Origin: an archaeon
GTDB lineage: Archaea; SpSt-1190; DYHY01
Direction of reading: 5' to 3'
Length of the DNA stretch: 64,000 nucleotides
NCBI GenBank assembly: GCA_037442745.1
Contig: JBBIPP010000005.1
Coordinates: forward strand, 24,741 to 88,740
The notes under the pieces: model-generated
The model's input: the letters and a program-made list of their open reading frames with translations, nothing else
What the model was told of the DNA's origin: nothing
Database searches by the model: none
Shown: positions 10,292 to 20,090 of the stretch, one piece after another
Numbering within the stretch: position 1 is the first letter of the stretch
How the letters are laid out: the number at the start of each line of letters is the position of its first letter
Program-made: the position numbers and the translations under genes

Positions 10292-11245
10292 TCATATTTT
10301 CGGACGGGCTTTTCCGGCTTTCCTGATTGCAAGATGCTCCTTGTTTTTCCTGAAGAAAGAGTCTGCCTCCTTTTTTCTCGGAAGGCCGTCCGCCCCCTCC
10401 CGCGTGGCTTTCAAGGCTCCGCATGCGTTCCCGTATTGCACAGCCTCCTTTAGGCCCGCCCGAGAGAGGAGCTTTACAAGAAGCCCTCCTGAAAATGCGT
10501 CCCCCGCGCCAATTGTATCCTTGACTTTGATTGGAATTGTCCCTATTGTGAAGAAGGCATCTGTTTCCGCCTCATATACAATTGTCGGGAGCTTTCCTCC
10601 CTTGATAACAAATGGCTTGCCCGGGAAAATATTCTTGAGAGCTTTTCCGCCCCCGAGTTCTCTCGCTTCCTTGGAATTTATTATCAGAATATCCGAATTT
10701 CTGAGTATTTTTGAGAGCTTTGAACTGCCTAGCCGGGAAATTGACCTGCCGGGGTCGAAGGTAACTGTTTTTCCGGCCGATTTAGCGGCTGATGAGACTG
10801 CTTCCAGAAGCTGAATGGGCGCACCCGTCAGGTGGATTATCTTTGCATTCCGTATAAGGGAAAGGTCTATTTCGGGGAGGGTTATTTTCTCGTTTGCTCC
10901 AAGCATTTCAATTACTGCAGGAGTTCCATTAGAGTCTATTACAACAATTGAGGTTCCGGTCCTTGCCTTGGAATCAATCCGTACTCCCGAAGTGTTGACT
11001 CCTATTTTCCTCAGGGAATTGAGGACAATCTGTCCCCTGTCATCGAATCCGATTTTTCCAATTATTGCGGAAGTTTTCCCCAATTTGGCGGCATTGCAAC
11101 AAACGTTTGTCGCGCTCCCTCCGACCGAACCCTTGAAATTCCCCTTTACGAAGCTTGTCTTGTCTGGCTTGGGGAAACTCTCAACATAGCACCTCAGGTC
11201 GTATAGGATGTGTCCGAAACCGACAATTTCCGGGTGCTTTGCCAT
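10292..11245 (-). CDS. PfkB-family carbohydrate kinase
   Basis: Ribokinase-fold motifs including DTIGAGDAF and the N-terminal GG dipeptide region; adjacent to the LacD-like aldolase. Confidence 0.8.
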   Translation of the reverse strand: MAKHPEIVGFGHILYDLRCYVESFPKPDKTSFVKGNFKGSVGGSATNVCCNAAKLGKTSAIIGKIGFDDRGQIVLNSLRKIGVNTSGVRIDSKARTGTSIVVIDSNGTPAVIEMLGANEKITLPEIDLSLIRNAKIIHLTGAPIQLLEAVSSAAKSAGKTVTFDPGRSISRLGSSKLSKILRNSDILIINSKEARELGGGKALKNIFPGKPFVIKGGKLPTIVYEAETDAFFTIGTIPIKVKDTIGAGDAFSGGLLVKLLSRAGLKEAVQYGNACGALKATREGADGLPRKKEADSFFRKNKEHLAIRKAGKARPKI

Positions 11246-11297
11246 TTTCTTCGGGAAAGCAGTTGTTTTTTATATTAATCCCTTACCAATTTCACCA

Positions 11298-11846
11298 ATG
11301 GTTTTCCTATCAGACAGGGATTTATTGAGCGCAATAGGGAAGGGGGCTCTTAAAGTGGAGCCCTTTGACCCTGAAAAAATCAATCCGGGATCAATTGATT
11401 TCTCCCTCGGAACAGTTTTTCGCATTTTCAAATATTACCCTATGCTTGAAATTGACCCGAAAAACCGGGACGGGCTTGAGGAAATGACTGAAACTGTCGA
11501 GGTTCCTGTCGGGCAGGTTTTCATTTTGAAGCCAAGGGCGCTTGTTCTCGGAACAACTCTTGAGAAAATCGGGCTTTCTCCCGGGCATGTCGGGTTCATT
11601 GAGGGGAAATCAAGCTATGCAAGGCTAGGAGTCTCAATACATGTTACTGCTGGGTTCATCCATCCGGGGAGCTATGGCCTTCAGACACTTGAAATAAAGA
11701 ACTTGACGGACAACCCGATACGCCTCTATCCTGGAGCGAGAATATGCCAGATAATTGTTGCTGAAACGAAAACTCCGGCGGACAAGCCCTATTCTGGCAA
11801 ATACTATGACCAGAAAGGGCCCCTTGCGTCAAAAGTCACTGTCTAG
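11298..11846 (+). CDS. dcd: dCTP deaminase (dUTPase-fold)
   Basis: Begins at the internal ATG (MVFLSDRDLL); conserved beta-jellyroll dUTPase-like sequence. Confidence 0.75.
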   Translation: MVFLSDRDLLSAIGKGALKVEPFDPEKINPGSIDFSLGTVFRIFKYYPMLEIDPKNRDGLEEMTETVEVPVGQVFILKPRALVLGTTLEKIGLSPGHVGFIEGKSSYARLGVSIHVTAGFIHPGSYGLQTLEIKNLTDNPIRLYPGARICQIIVAETKTPADKPYSGKYYDQKGPLASKVTV

Positions 11847-11957
11847 TGTTCAAAACCAGAAAATTGGAAATTTTACCGGGAATTGCCCGAATTTGGGCTT
11901 ATCTGCCAAAAGAGTTAAAAATGGGGTTGTTTTCAAAAAAATGGGGACAAAAATAAA

Positions 11958-12161
11958 ATGGAATTGTCAATTGCACCAATGAGACGGCTAATCAAGGTTT
12001 CCGGAGCGGACCGAGTTTCGGACGATGCGGCGCTCGCTTTGGGCGAAGTTCTGGAAGAAATTGGGAAAAGCATTGCAGTCCGTTCCCTTGAATATGCCCG
12101 GCACGCAGGAAGGAAGACTGTCACTAGGGAAGACATCAAGCTTGCGGCAAAGAACTCTTAG
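11958..12161 (+). CDS. archaeal histone (HMf-like histone fold)
   Basis: 67 aa; PMRRLIK..AGA.RVS, ARHAGRKTV..EDI.LA histone-fold signature. Confidence 0.85.
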   Translation: MELSIAPMRRLIKVSGADRVSDDAALALGEVLEEIGKSIAVRSLEYARHAGRKTVTREDIKLAAKNS

Positions 12162-12191
12162 ATTTTTCTTGGTAAGTTATAGTCCTGCCAT

Positions 12192-12368
12192 CTTTCACTT
12201 TTCCGGTGTTTGAAAAGCCCTTTTTGAAATATAGGGGATTTCTGCGCCCTTGTCCGACGCAGTCTGGTGGCGGAAGCCCTTTTCAACGAATGCGCAGTCC
12301 CCTTTCTTCATGGAAAGTTCCCCCAGATCTTCTCGGACAATCAACTTTCCTTCAAGGCGGAGGAACAT
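12192..12368 (-). CDS. cupin-domain fragment (58 aa, second cupin motif only)
   Basis: AGGAGG 7 nt upstream of the ATG; KKGDCAFVEKGFRHQ resembles cupin motif 2; N-terminal half absent. Confidence 0.3.
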
Positions 12369-12680
12369 TTCGTCCTCCTAATTTTGGTAATTTCCGTGGA
12401 GTTCCACCTCGCACTTGACAATTACTGAACAGCAGTTCAATTTCTTGATTTAATTCGGGCTCCAGAATTTCGAGAATTTCGAGAGTTTTTCGGATAGGCT
12501 CACCTTTTCAATGAGCTGTTGTTGGCAGTTGGAAATATTTAACTCTGCTTGTGCTCGAATCCTGGAATTGAAAGGATTGTCCCGAACCTCTGGTTCAACT
12601 AGAACTCATTGGAGGCTGTTGAATTCTATTTCTCAGTTTCCAAAAATGGCGTCCTTTCGGTTGGGAGAATGGAATAGGTC

Positions 12681-12758
12681 TGGTGGGGTCGCTGGGATTT
12701 GAACCCAGGTCTCAAACACCCCAAGCTTGAAGCCTAGACCAAGCTAGCCGACGACCCC
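12681..12758 (-). tRNA. tRNA-Pro (anticodon GGG), CCA encoded
   Basis: Acceptor GGGGTCG/CGACCCC, T-arm CTGGG-TTCAAAT-CCCAG, anticodon loop TTGGGGT with G37, 3-prime CCA present. Confidence 0.7.
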
Positions 12759-12899
12759 GTCAGTTTTAAATGTTCAGTTGTCGCCTAGGGATGCAACCGG
12801 AGATTTTTCCCGCTTTATAACAATATTCACGCAAGGTAGGGAATGACATAAGCTATGCGAATGAAATTATTATTCGAATTTTTCGGTCTTTTGAAAGGC

Positions 12900-14087
12900 C
12901 TAAGGAGGGCATCCCAATGCTATCAACGCCGAGTCCAATTTTGTGTTCTGGTCTGAGAGAAGAGGAATTACATTCTTCCCAGAATATGCGTTGAAAGCCG
13001 AGACCTGTGCTTGCCCAACACGCTCGTTCCCTTCGGCAAGAGGAGTCATACCGAGGAAAATATTCTCCGCAAGCCCGGTTGCCATGAGGCCAGCCCGCAT
13101 ATAGTCAACTACCTGCATGTCATAAGTATATTTGGCTGAATTGAGTTTAGCTTGGGCTTTGGCAACATCCCTTGCTTCCGCAGGAATTGTGAAATTGTCC
13201 ATCCAGACCTTTTGGAAAAAGGCTGGAATTTTCTCGAAAAAGGTGCCGTTGAGATATTGACGCTCAAGCTGCGCCCGCTCGGAAACCGTTGAATTGTATT
13301 CTGATTTCTGGAGGTCCAGCTCAGCCGTGAGAGTGGCTAGCTCCTCTCTCTTGGCTCCAAATCCAGCAAGTATTTCGGACTGGGCAACCTCATACTTCTG
13401 CAGTTCCGGAGATTTTCCTAGAGCGGAATCTGTCTCGGAAACTAGGAATCTCGATGCATCAATCAAATCCTGCATTTCCGGTCCAGAGTCAGGGAGGGCG
13501 GAGAAATTAACTGCCTGCCTGATGTCCTGAAGGCATTTTTGAGTTGCTTGTCCGATGTCCCCTGCATTGAAAAATGCCAAAGTCTCCAGAGAAACTGTCT
13601 TGTTGAACGTTGTCGGATCTGTCTGCCCTGCAAGTATTTTCCCGTATTTGTCAGCCTCCTGTAAATATGCATTTAGCCGGGTACAGCTATCTGACGGAAG
13701 AGCAGTCGTTCCGTCGAAAGGATATGCGAAAAGGAGACTCTCTCCTGCATTTGAGCGTTCAGTAAGTAGGTTTATTACCGCCTGCCGGTCGTCCTTATAA
13801 CCTTCTAGACGAACGCATGAATCCGCGAAATCCCCGGAGAGGTCACTCACTGGAAAATTCCTGTATTGGATTCCCGGGTCAAGATATTCCCCTCCATTCG
13901 AGGAATTCTGGTAAACAGAATATCCTCCGGCGGCAGTTCCGGCAAGTGCAAGGGCAAGCCCGGAATAAACAATTGCTTTGGAATATTTACTTTGAACGCC
14001 ATTCATCTCAAGAGAGTTCGCCAAAGAGTCAATAACTCTTTTAGCTTGCCTCGGGAGCGCCCTCAGACTCTGGACAAATCCGTTCAT
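12900..14087 (-). CDS. hypothetical membrane-anchored protein (N-in, large extracytoplasmic domain)
   Basis: Single TM helix AIVYSGLALALAGTAAGG after a ~35 aa basic N-terminus; no recognised domain. Confidence 0.45.
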   Translation of the reverse strand: MNGFVQSLRALPRQAKRVIDSLANSLEMNGVQSKYSKAIVYSGLALALAGTAAGGYSVYQNSSNGGEYLDPGIQYRNFPVSDLSGDFADSCVRLEGYKDDRQAVINLLTERSNAGESLLFAYPFDGTTALPSDSCTRLNAYLQEADKYGKILAGQTDPTTFNKTVSLETLAFFNAGDIGQATQKCLQDIRQAVNFSALPDSGPEMQDLIDASRFLVSETDSALGKSPELQKYEVAQSEILAGFGAKREELATLTAELDLQKSEYNSTVSERAQLERQYLNGTFFEKIPAFFQKVWMDNFTIPAEARDVAKAQAKLNSAKYTYDMQVVDYMRAGLMATGLAENIFLGMTPLAEGNERVGQAQVSAFNAYSGKNVIPLLSDQNTKLDSALIALGCPP

Positions 14088-14280
14088 GCCAATCCCTCAG
14101 AAACCTTCATTGAAGAGGTTGTTTTTACCATTTTCCCCACTCCTGCAGGGGAACCGAATTGTCAGATATATACATATTTGCATAAAAAGACCAATTATTG
14201 CCCTAAATTTTCATTCCCATTCAATGATGAATTGGATGCGCAGGGCTCTCGCTAGGGAACAAAAATAAAAAGTTTTCCAA

Positions 14281-14478
14281 CTAACCCTTCCTGAATTTAG
14301 CAATCTGCTCTATCAGGTCAACTTGGCCTAGGAGCATCCGCCTGCAACAATACCTTTTTACCCCAAAGGAATCAATTACTGCTCCCGCATCCTCGCCCTT
14401 TCCAACCCTTTTCTTGAAATCCTCGTAGAATCCGGAAACCGGAAATCCGCAGGAAAAGCATCTTACAGGTATTATCAT
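14281..14478 (-). CDS. rpoN: DNA-directed RNA polymerase subunit N (Rpb10 homologue)
   Basis: MIIPVRCFSCG..CCRRM zinc-binding signature, 65 aa. Confidence 0.85.
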   Translation of the reverse strand: MIIPVRCFSCGFPVSGFYEDFKKRVGKGEDAGAVIDSFGVKRYCCRRMLLGQVDLIEQIAKFRKG

Positions 14479-14486
14479 CTTTAAAC

Positions 14487-14900
14487 TTACCTCTTTGATT
14501 TCTGCGCGGACGTTCTTGCAGTAGAAGGTCCTGGTTTTCTGGTCTCCTTCCTTCTCGGGTCAGCGACCAGGAGGCCTCTGTCATAGGACATGAACCTCTC
14601 CCTTATCTCCTGGCTGTTGGAATATTTGACAATCGCTTTCCCGACAGCAAGGCGCGCCGCGTCCGCCTGGCCAATCGCTCCTCCGCCCCGGACAGTTATT
14701 GTAATGTCCAAGCCAGAGGCAACCTCGTTTGCAAGAGAGAGGGGCTCCATTATTTTCTGCCGTGCCAAGAAAGGCTGGTGGTTCTCAAGAAGGGTTGAGT
14801 TTATCCTGACAATTCCAGTTCCTGGAATTGCGACTGCTCTTGCAATTGCAGATTTCCTCTTCCCGGATGCAACGACTGCTTTTGATTCTTTCTGTGCCAT
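14487..14900 (-). CDS. rps9p: ribosomal protein S9 (uS9)
   Basis: GGG..GQADAARLAVGKAIV, C-terminal basic tail ..TSAQKSKR. Confidence 0.9.
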   Translation of the reverse strand: MAQKESKAVVASGKRKSAIARAVAIPGTGIVRINSTLLENHQPFLARQKIMEPLSLANEVASGLDITITVRGGGAIGQADAARLAVGKAIVKYSNSQEIRERFMSYDRGLLVADPRRKETRKPGPSTARTSAQKSKR

Positions 14901-14905
14901 TTTTT

Positions 14906-15373
14906 CTACTCCTTCTTACCGACCCTGTGTGCAACCGCTTTCGGCTTTACCCCGAGATGTGCGAACGAATATTCCCTCAAAGTGTGGTATTTGTGGGGGG
15001 CTGCAAGAGTCCTGACAGCGATTTTTTCAGCGGGAATTCCGACAAGCTTTGCGGGGATTCCCTCATATGCCCGGAACCTTCCGAGAGCGAGTTTCCCTCT
15101 TGTTATTTTCCTTGGGACCATTCCGCGGACAGTCCGCCTGAACCAGAGCGCCGCATTTCTCGGCATATAGGGTCCCCAGTCCCGCCCTCCTCTCTCGGAC
15201 TTTATTTTGTAGTCGTTCGCCGAACTCTCGCTAACAAGCGCCTTTTCCGCGTTAATAACATCTATCTTCTCTCCGTTAAGGAGACGTTTTGCAATCAATG
15301 ATGCCGCCCTTCCGAGAGTTGCGCCAGCTACATCAATTACAACCAGTTTTCTTCCGCTCTCGTTTTCTGCCAT
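14906..15373 (-). CDS. rpl13p: ribosomal protein L13 (uL13)
   Basis: VIDVAGATLGRAASLIAKRLLNGEKIDVINAEKA typical uL13 N-terminus. Confidence 0.9.
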   Translation of the reverse strand: MAENESGRKLVVIDVAGATLGRAASLIAKRLLNGEKIDVINAEKALVSESSANDYKIKSERGGRDWGPYMPRNAALWFRRTVRGMVPRKITRGKLALGRFRAYEGIPAKLVGIPAEKIAVRTLAAPHKYHTLREYSFAHLGVKPKAVAHRVGKKE

Positions 15374-15727
15374 CTAAATCATCAGCCTCAGCCCGGTCCC
15401 TTTCGGGTTCTCCTTTGCAAGTTCGTCAATATAGAGGAATTTTCCGCCAGCCCTCTTGATTTTCTCGAGAGCGGAAGTTGATATTGCTTGAGCTGATATT
15501 GTGAATTTTCCGGAGAGTTCGCCGTTCCCGAGGACTTTGCCGGGAACAACAATTGTCTCCTTTGTTTTTTCTGCAACCCGGGAAATCTCGGACAGATTCG
15601 CCTCAGCCCTTATTTTCGTCGGCTTTTCGAGAATTTCGGCTGCCCGCTTCCATATTCCCGCTTTTGTTTTCCGTAGTTCCCTGATTGTTCCAATAGTAAT
15701 CGGATTCGTTGGACCGCGTTTAACCAT
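15374..15727 (-). CDS. rpl18e: ribosomal protein L18e (eL18)
   Basis: 117 aa, archaeal/eukaryotic-specific L18e, canonical operon position upstream of L13-S9-RpoN. Confidence 0.85.
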   Translation of the reverse strand: MVKRGPTNPITIGTIRELRKTKAGIWKRAAEILEKPTKIRAEANLSEISRVAEKTKETIVVPGKVLGNGELSGKFTISAQAISTSALEKIKRAGGKFLYIDELAKENPKGTGLRLMI

Positions 15728-15799
15728 TTTTACCTGAAATTGGGAGGGTTTCAGTCCTTTTTAAGTCTTATCTTGGCTGAAAACCCGCGTTTTCCGCTA

Positions 15800-17683
15800 C
15801 TAGTAAAGCATCCGGATTATCCGAAATAGGCCGGTTGACCCCCCAATTGCTTTTGTTTTGCTATGCAAGTATTTTCCTGGAAAGAGATCTCCTGAAAGTA
15901 TTGAGCGGGCAAGACAGTCAGAAGCCCCCTGTATCCTTCTTGTATCATATTGCTCTACTCCGACGGAATAGAGGAGCTTTGATTCTTTCATCAGCTTCGC
16001 GCCTAGGAGCTCAGTGTCAATGTCCGTTTCGACGCCAGCTTTTTTTACTGACTTGGCAAACTCATTGGAAATTCTCAAGAAACCTTCCCTGATCTCGGCT
16101 TTCCTTTGTTCGCTAATGTCTGTTAGGGGATTGTGTTCAAATTCACTTTTGTTACCTACAACATTTACTATTTTCTCAAGGCCGGCGGAATATGCCTTGT
16201 ATGTCAGGTCTCGGACAATTTCCGCTTTCCTGACTTCTTGCGAATACTCAGTTATCCTGTTCCGCCCCATCAGTTTCGAGTAGTTCGCCGCATCGTCCGC
16301 CCACGAAATTAGCTCTTGGGAATTTTCCTTTCCCCCGGAAATTCCGATTGATGCAGTTATCGGGGAATCGTCAGAAGGAGATGCAACTATTCTTTCTCTT
16401 GAAATCCTCTCCTGCACTTTTTCTGCCAGTTCGCGGGCGCTCTCAACCCCTCCACCGACCGAAATTATGAACTCCTCGCCCCCATACCTTATTGCGGAAG
16501 CTCTTTTGGCTCCGAGAATTATCTTTCTGGCTTTTGCAAAAATTCCCGCTCCCTCGTTAGCCCTGTTGTATTCGGAAACAGTTTCCTCAATTGCCTTTGC
16601 AACCCTTCCAAGGACAACGTCTCCTCCGGTGTGGCCGTAGCGCTGGTTCTTGACGCTGAAATTGTCCAAGTCAATCATTACAATGGAGTTCTCCTCTCTT
16701 CCCGAGGCCTGTGTTTTCCCAATCTCGCGTTTTGCCCCGTCCCTTGAAGGGAGAGAGACTGGTTCAGGGTTTCCGGAAGGAGTCAGAACTTGTGTGTATT
16801 CATTAGGAATGTCTTTGATGTTGAAATTCTCCCTGAGAAGCGCCCTTGATACTGCGTCTGAAAAGCCAAGGACCTCCCGATAGGAGTTCGGGTCAACGCC
16901 CGAGGATTTCATCAGAGTTATGTTGTCTCTGAAAAGAGCGCTTGCGGGTTCTGGGAGAAGGCTGGCTATCTCGTTTATTTTGTCTTCGTTCTTCATTGCG
17001 GAATAGTGCATGTTCCAGACTGCGCTCCTGAGGATTTCGGCTATCGCAGAGTTCCTCGTATTGCCGGAACTCAGGTTCCTCCCCAAAAGCTTTGAATATT
17101 CGACTGCGAAATCAGCCCCTTCCCTTGCCGAAGCGGCCGCATTCTGAAAACCGTTGCCCCCGACAATGGAAGAATTATATCCGACTGAAATTGTGAGCTT
17201 TCTCGCTTCAGGATGTTCTTCGGGGACTATTTGTGCGCCTTCAACCGCTTTCCGAAGTCCCTCCGCAATTTCCCTAACCCTCTCTCGGTCAACAGTTGAA
17301 ATGAGAAAAGTCTCCTCCCCGCCATATCGGAACAGTTTGACTGTGTCGACCTGGCCGGAAAATGCTTCCGCAAGAAAATCAAAATTAATTGCCCGCCCGG
17401 CCCTCCGAATATTTTTCTTCAGTAATCCGGAGATTCCTTTCAGGGATTCGTCCTCAATTGACCTGTTGACCTTTTCGACATATTCCCGAGCAACTTCTCC
17501 GTATTTCCGGAGAACCTCGTCCCCAACATTGTGGGAATATGTGTTATAACCTGAGAAATAGTCCAGATCCCCGAAAACTGCGGAGAAATTTCCTGTCTTT
17601 TCAGCGCGGGCAGCTAGTTTTCCGACTTGCAGTTTAACTTCGGATTTCGAGAGGAAACCTGTCAGCAAGTCTTTCTTTGCCAT
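15800..17683 (-). CDS. tandem GGDEF-domain protein (two putative diguanylate cyclase domains)
   Basis: Two complete GGDEF domains: DLDYFSGYNTYSHNVGDEVL..RYGGEETFLIS and IDLDNFSVKNQRYGHTGGDVVL..RYGGEEFIIS, each followed by YSKL(L/M)GRN. Confidence 0.75.
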   Translation of the reverse strand: MAKKDLLTGFLSKSEVKLQVGKLAARAEKTGNFSAVFGDLDYFSGYNTYSHNVGDEVLRKYGEVAREYVEKVNRSIEDESLKGISGLLKKNIRRAGRAINFDFLAEAFSGQVDTVKLFRYGGEETFLISTVDRERVREIAEGLRKAVEGAQIVPEEHPEARKLTISVGYNSSIVGGNGFQNAAASAREGADFAVEYSKLLGRNLSSGNTRNSAIAEILRSAVWNMHYSAMKNEDKINEIASLLPEPASALFRDNITLMKSSGVDPNSYREVLGFSDAVSRALLRENFNIKDIPNEYTQVLTPSGNPEPVSLPSRDGAKREIGKTQASGREENSIVMIDLDNFSVKNQRYGHTGGDVVLGRVAKAIEETVSEYNRANEGAGIFAKARKIILGAKRASAIRYGGEEFIISVGGGVESARELAEKVQERISRERIVASPSDDSPITASIGISGGKENSQELISWADDAANYSKLMGRNRITEYSQEVRKAEIVRDLTYKAYSAGLEKIVNVVGNKSEFEHNPLTDISEQRKAEIREGFLRISNEFAKSVKKAGVETDIDTELLGAKLMKESKLLYSVGVEQYDTRRIQGASDCLARSILSGDLFPGKYLHSKTKAIGGSTGLFRIIRMLY

Positions 17684-17837
17684 GTCAATATTAATTACTA
17701 TTAAGTGATTAAAAACACTTTCTATAAATAGCCTCTAAAAAGACCTAAAACGATATTAAAAAATAAAAGTCCAAAAAAAAGGCTTTATTTCAGGTCAAGA
17801 TTTTTTTAAATAAACAAAGGTGCGTCCTTTTTGGAAA

Positions 17838-18241
17838 ATGAAGAAGATTTCCGATTTCCCTCCAGCGGAAGAAATGCCTTGGGCAACGGCAGTGAAGGCA
17901 TTCATTGTGAATGAAAAAGAAGTCTAGTCCTCAAGAGGAATTCCAACCTCCCGCACTCTCCCGGAGAATATTATATTCCGGGCGGAAGACTTGAGAACGG
18001 GGAAGACCCGGTAGCGTGGGTGAAACTGGAGACTATCGAGGAAACTGGCCTAGAAATCTGGGTCGGGCAAGTTATTGCAGTAAATAGCTTTGACAGAGAC
18101 GACCTCCAGAGAATAACAATGCTAATTTTCCTCTGCTCAATTGAGGGGCGAGGTAAAGTTTCTCTCAAGGAAAAGGAAGCAGTCTCTTTCGAATGGCTGT
18201 CTGTGAAGGATGTCGAAAACATCTCTCGAAGTTCAAAGTAG
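17838..18241 (+). pseudogene. NUDIX hydrolase interrupted by a 1-bp frameshift near 17924
   Basis: MKKISDFP..AFIVNEKEV runs into a TAG; the -1 frame continues LVLKRNSNLP..YIPGGRLENGED..KLETIEETGLE (Nudix box); the event is a missing C in a CC run. Confidence 0.5.
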
Positions 18242-18280
18242 TTGTCGAGAACTATCTGAAGTTCTTCAAGGGAAGATTGC

Positions 18281-18964
18281 CTAGTAGCTTATGAAAATGA
18301 ACTCCGCTCCAGTCATTTTCCTGTAAAAATCGAGGTCTGGCACTTTCTGGCCGGCCGATCGCAGGGTTTCAAGACCAGTCCATGACAGGAACCATCCGCC
18401 GGGTTCGAGGATTACGAGAATCATGTTCGTGAGAAGGCTTCCCTCCCAAGTATATACAATCCCTCCGAGGAAAAGGAAAAGAAGGCCTATTCCGGTGAAT
18501 ATTTTCCCCTCATTTTTCACCTTGTTTAGGGCATCTTGTTTCTCCTTATTTGCCTTTGAAAAATGCCTCTTCAACCTCTGCTTTATGAGCCCCTCAGATA
18601 TTGCGTCCCGCTTTCCGGATGGAATCATTATCCGTATTTCAAGGCCCCGCTCAACTTTCCCTATTGACGCCCTCTTGCATTCCTCCAAAAAGTCCTGGGA
18701 GAGCGTCCTCTGGGAGATGTGCCGGGCGTCAAAGTCTGAGAATATGTCGTCATAAGTGTCAATCATTAGGGAAATGTTCCAGTTGTCGAGGGCTTCCGGA
18801 GAAATTTCAGAATCCTTTTTCGTTTGGATCTTTTTCCTTATAGGAAAAAGCGATGAGGCTGCAAGAGTCTTTTGCAAATCTTCCTTCTTTTCAGGCGCTG
18901 TCCGGGAATCTTCTGACATGAAAGGAGGGAAAATGAAAGTAGGATAAATGCCTATCGGGAACAA
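18281..18964 (-). CDS. hypothetical membrane protein
   Basis: C-terminal hydrophobic helices (IFTGIGLLFLFLGGIVYTW, NMILVILEPGGWFLSW); likely start at MSEDSRT. Confidence 0.4.
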   Translation of the reverse strand: MFPIGIYPTFIFPPFMSEDSRTAPEKKEDLQKTLAASSLFPIRKKIQTKKDSEISPEALDNWNISLMIDTYDDIFSDFDARHISQRTLSQDFLEECKRASIGKVERGLEIRIMIPSGKRDAISEGLIKQRLKRHFSKANKEKQDALNKVKNEGKIFTGIGLLFLFLGGIVYTWEGSLLTNMILVILEPGGWFLSWTGLETLRSAGQKVPDLDFYRKMTGAEFIFISY

Positions 18965-19520
18965 TATCTTGGTTAACTGATGTCAGGGACGGGTCAAGGA
19001 ATACGCAATTTCTTGCGTCAATTTTCCGTATTCTGGGCGAGGAAAGCGAAAGTGTTTGCATTCTGTTGCCGGGGGGCGTTACTTTGAAAATTGAGCGGAT
19101 TTTTGCGCTCTTACATTAATAGTAATTTAAGGTTAGTAGTTTCGCTTATTAAAGGGCGGAAAACCGTAAGCAGTAGAGGGGCTCGGGAAAAACTCCGGCG
19201 GAGCATTATGCAGAAAGCTTTCTTTCAAAAGGTTGTTAGGGAAGGGAAAGAGCTTGTAAATTACGCTCTCGGCGTTGGCTATGTCGCGGATTTGCAAAAA
19301 TACAACGGGACAAGAAAAAAGGTTGCTTACTAGTCCGTTGCCTGGCAAAGTAAGGTTCTCTTTTTGACATTGAAAGGATTTTTGTTTTCAAGAAAAGAGG
19401 GTTTCTGGCACCAGTGCAGTGGCACGGATCTAGCCTATATTTTCGACAGAGGGAAGTCGGAGCGTTGGCGGAAATCTCAGACTGTGCCTGTCTAGAATTA
19501 CGCCCAATAAAAAGAACAGG

Positions 19521-19607
19521 TGCAGGAGGAGGGATTTGAACCCACGAAGGCACTTATGCCACGGGATCTTAAGTCCCGCCCTTTTGACCAGGCTCGGGCA
19601 CTCCTGC
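19521..19607 (-). tRNA. tRNA-Leu (anticodon TAA)
   Basis: 87 nt; GCAGGAG/CTCCTGC acceptor, anticodon loop CTTAAGA, long variable arm, T-arm GTGGG-TTCAAAT-CCCTC; no encoded CCA. Confidence 0.8.
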
Positions 19608-19663
19608 AAAGGTTGTGTGGAATAATCGGATTAATAAGGATGCTGTCCGGATTTTCAGGAAAA

Positions 19664-20065
19664 ATGGATGCGGATTGCGTTTTCTGCAGGATTGCGAATG
19701 GAATTGCCCCGGCGGACATTGTCTATGAGGACGACAGATTCATTTCGTTCCTTTCGATTGACCAAAAAACCCCGGGCCATTCTGTGGTAATACCGAAGGA
19801 GCATTTCAGGTGGTTCTATGACGTTCCTGAAACTGGGGAATATTTCGAGGTAGTGAAAAAAATTGCCCTTGCAACGAAAAGGGCTCTTTCAGCTGACTCG
19901 GTCTCAATTCTCACACTGGGTTTTGAGATACCCCATTCACATGTCTGGGTAATTCCTAGGAAGGAAGGGGACGGCCATGGAGCTAACATAGACTTTTCAC
20001 TGCATGCAAGAATGTCCCATGCCAAAAGGAAGGAAATTGCGAGAAAAATTAGGGAATGTTTATAA
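19664..20065 (+). CDS. HIT-family (histidine triad) nucleotide hydrolase
   Basis: CVFCRIANG zinc-ribbon-like N-terminus and HSHVWVIP histidine triad; true start is the internal ATG at 19664 (the listed ORF N-terminus overlaps tRNA-Leu). Confidence 0.8.
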   Translation: MDADCVFCRIANGIAPADIVYEDDRFISFLSIDQKTPGHSVVIPKEHFRWFYDVPETGEYFEVVKKIALATKRALSADSVSILTLGFEIPHSHVWVIPRKEGDGHGANIDFSLHARMSHAKRKEIARKIRECL

Positions 20066-20090
20066 CTCTAAATCCGGGATAATTGGGACA

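Noticed and set aside
9882-10814. Long plus-strand ORF (310 aa); similar antisense ORFs at 10815..11189, 14590..15015, 22430..23107, 23972..24667, 30422..31594, 49557..50297, 4271..4771 and 4690..5235
   Set aside because: Each lies antisense to a confidently identified gene and is Ser/Pro/Arg-rich low-complexity translation.
12511-12702. ORF overlapping tRNA-Pro; likewise 20584..20805 overlapping tRNA-Glu
   Set aside because: They coincide with tRNA genes and have no protein-like composition.
19520-19663. N-terminal 48 codons of the listed ORF 19520..20065
   Set aside because: They overlap tRNA-Leu on the opposite strand. The HIT protein starts at the internal ATG at 19664 with a conserved N-terminus.
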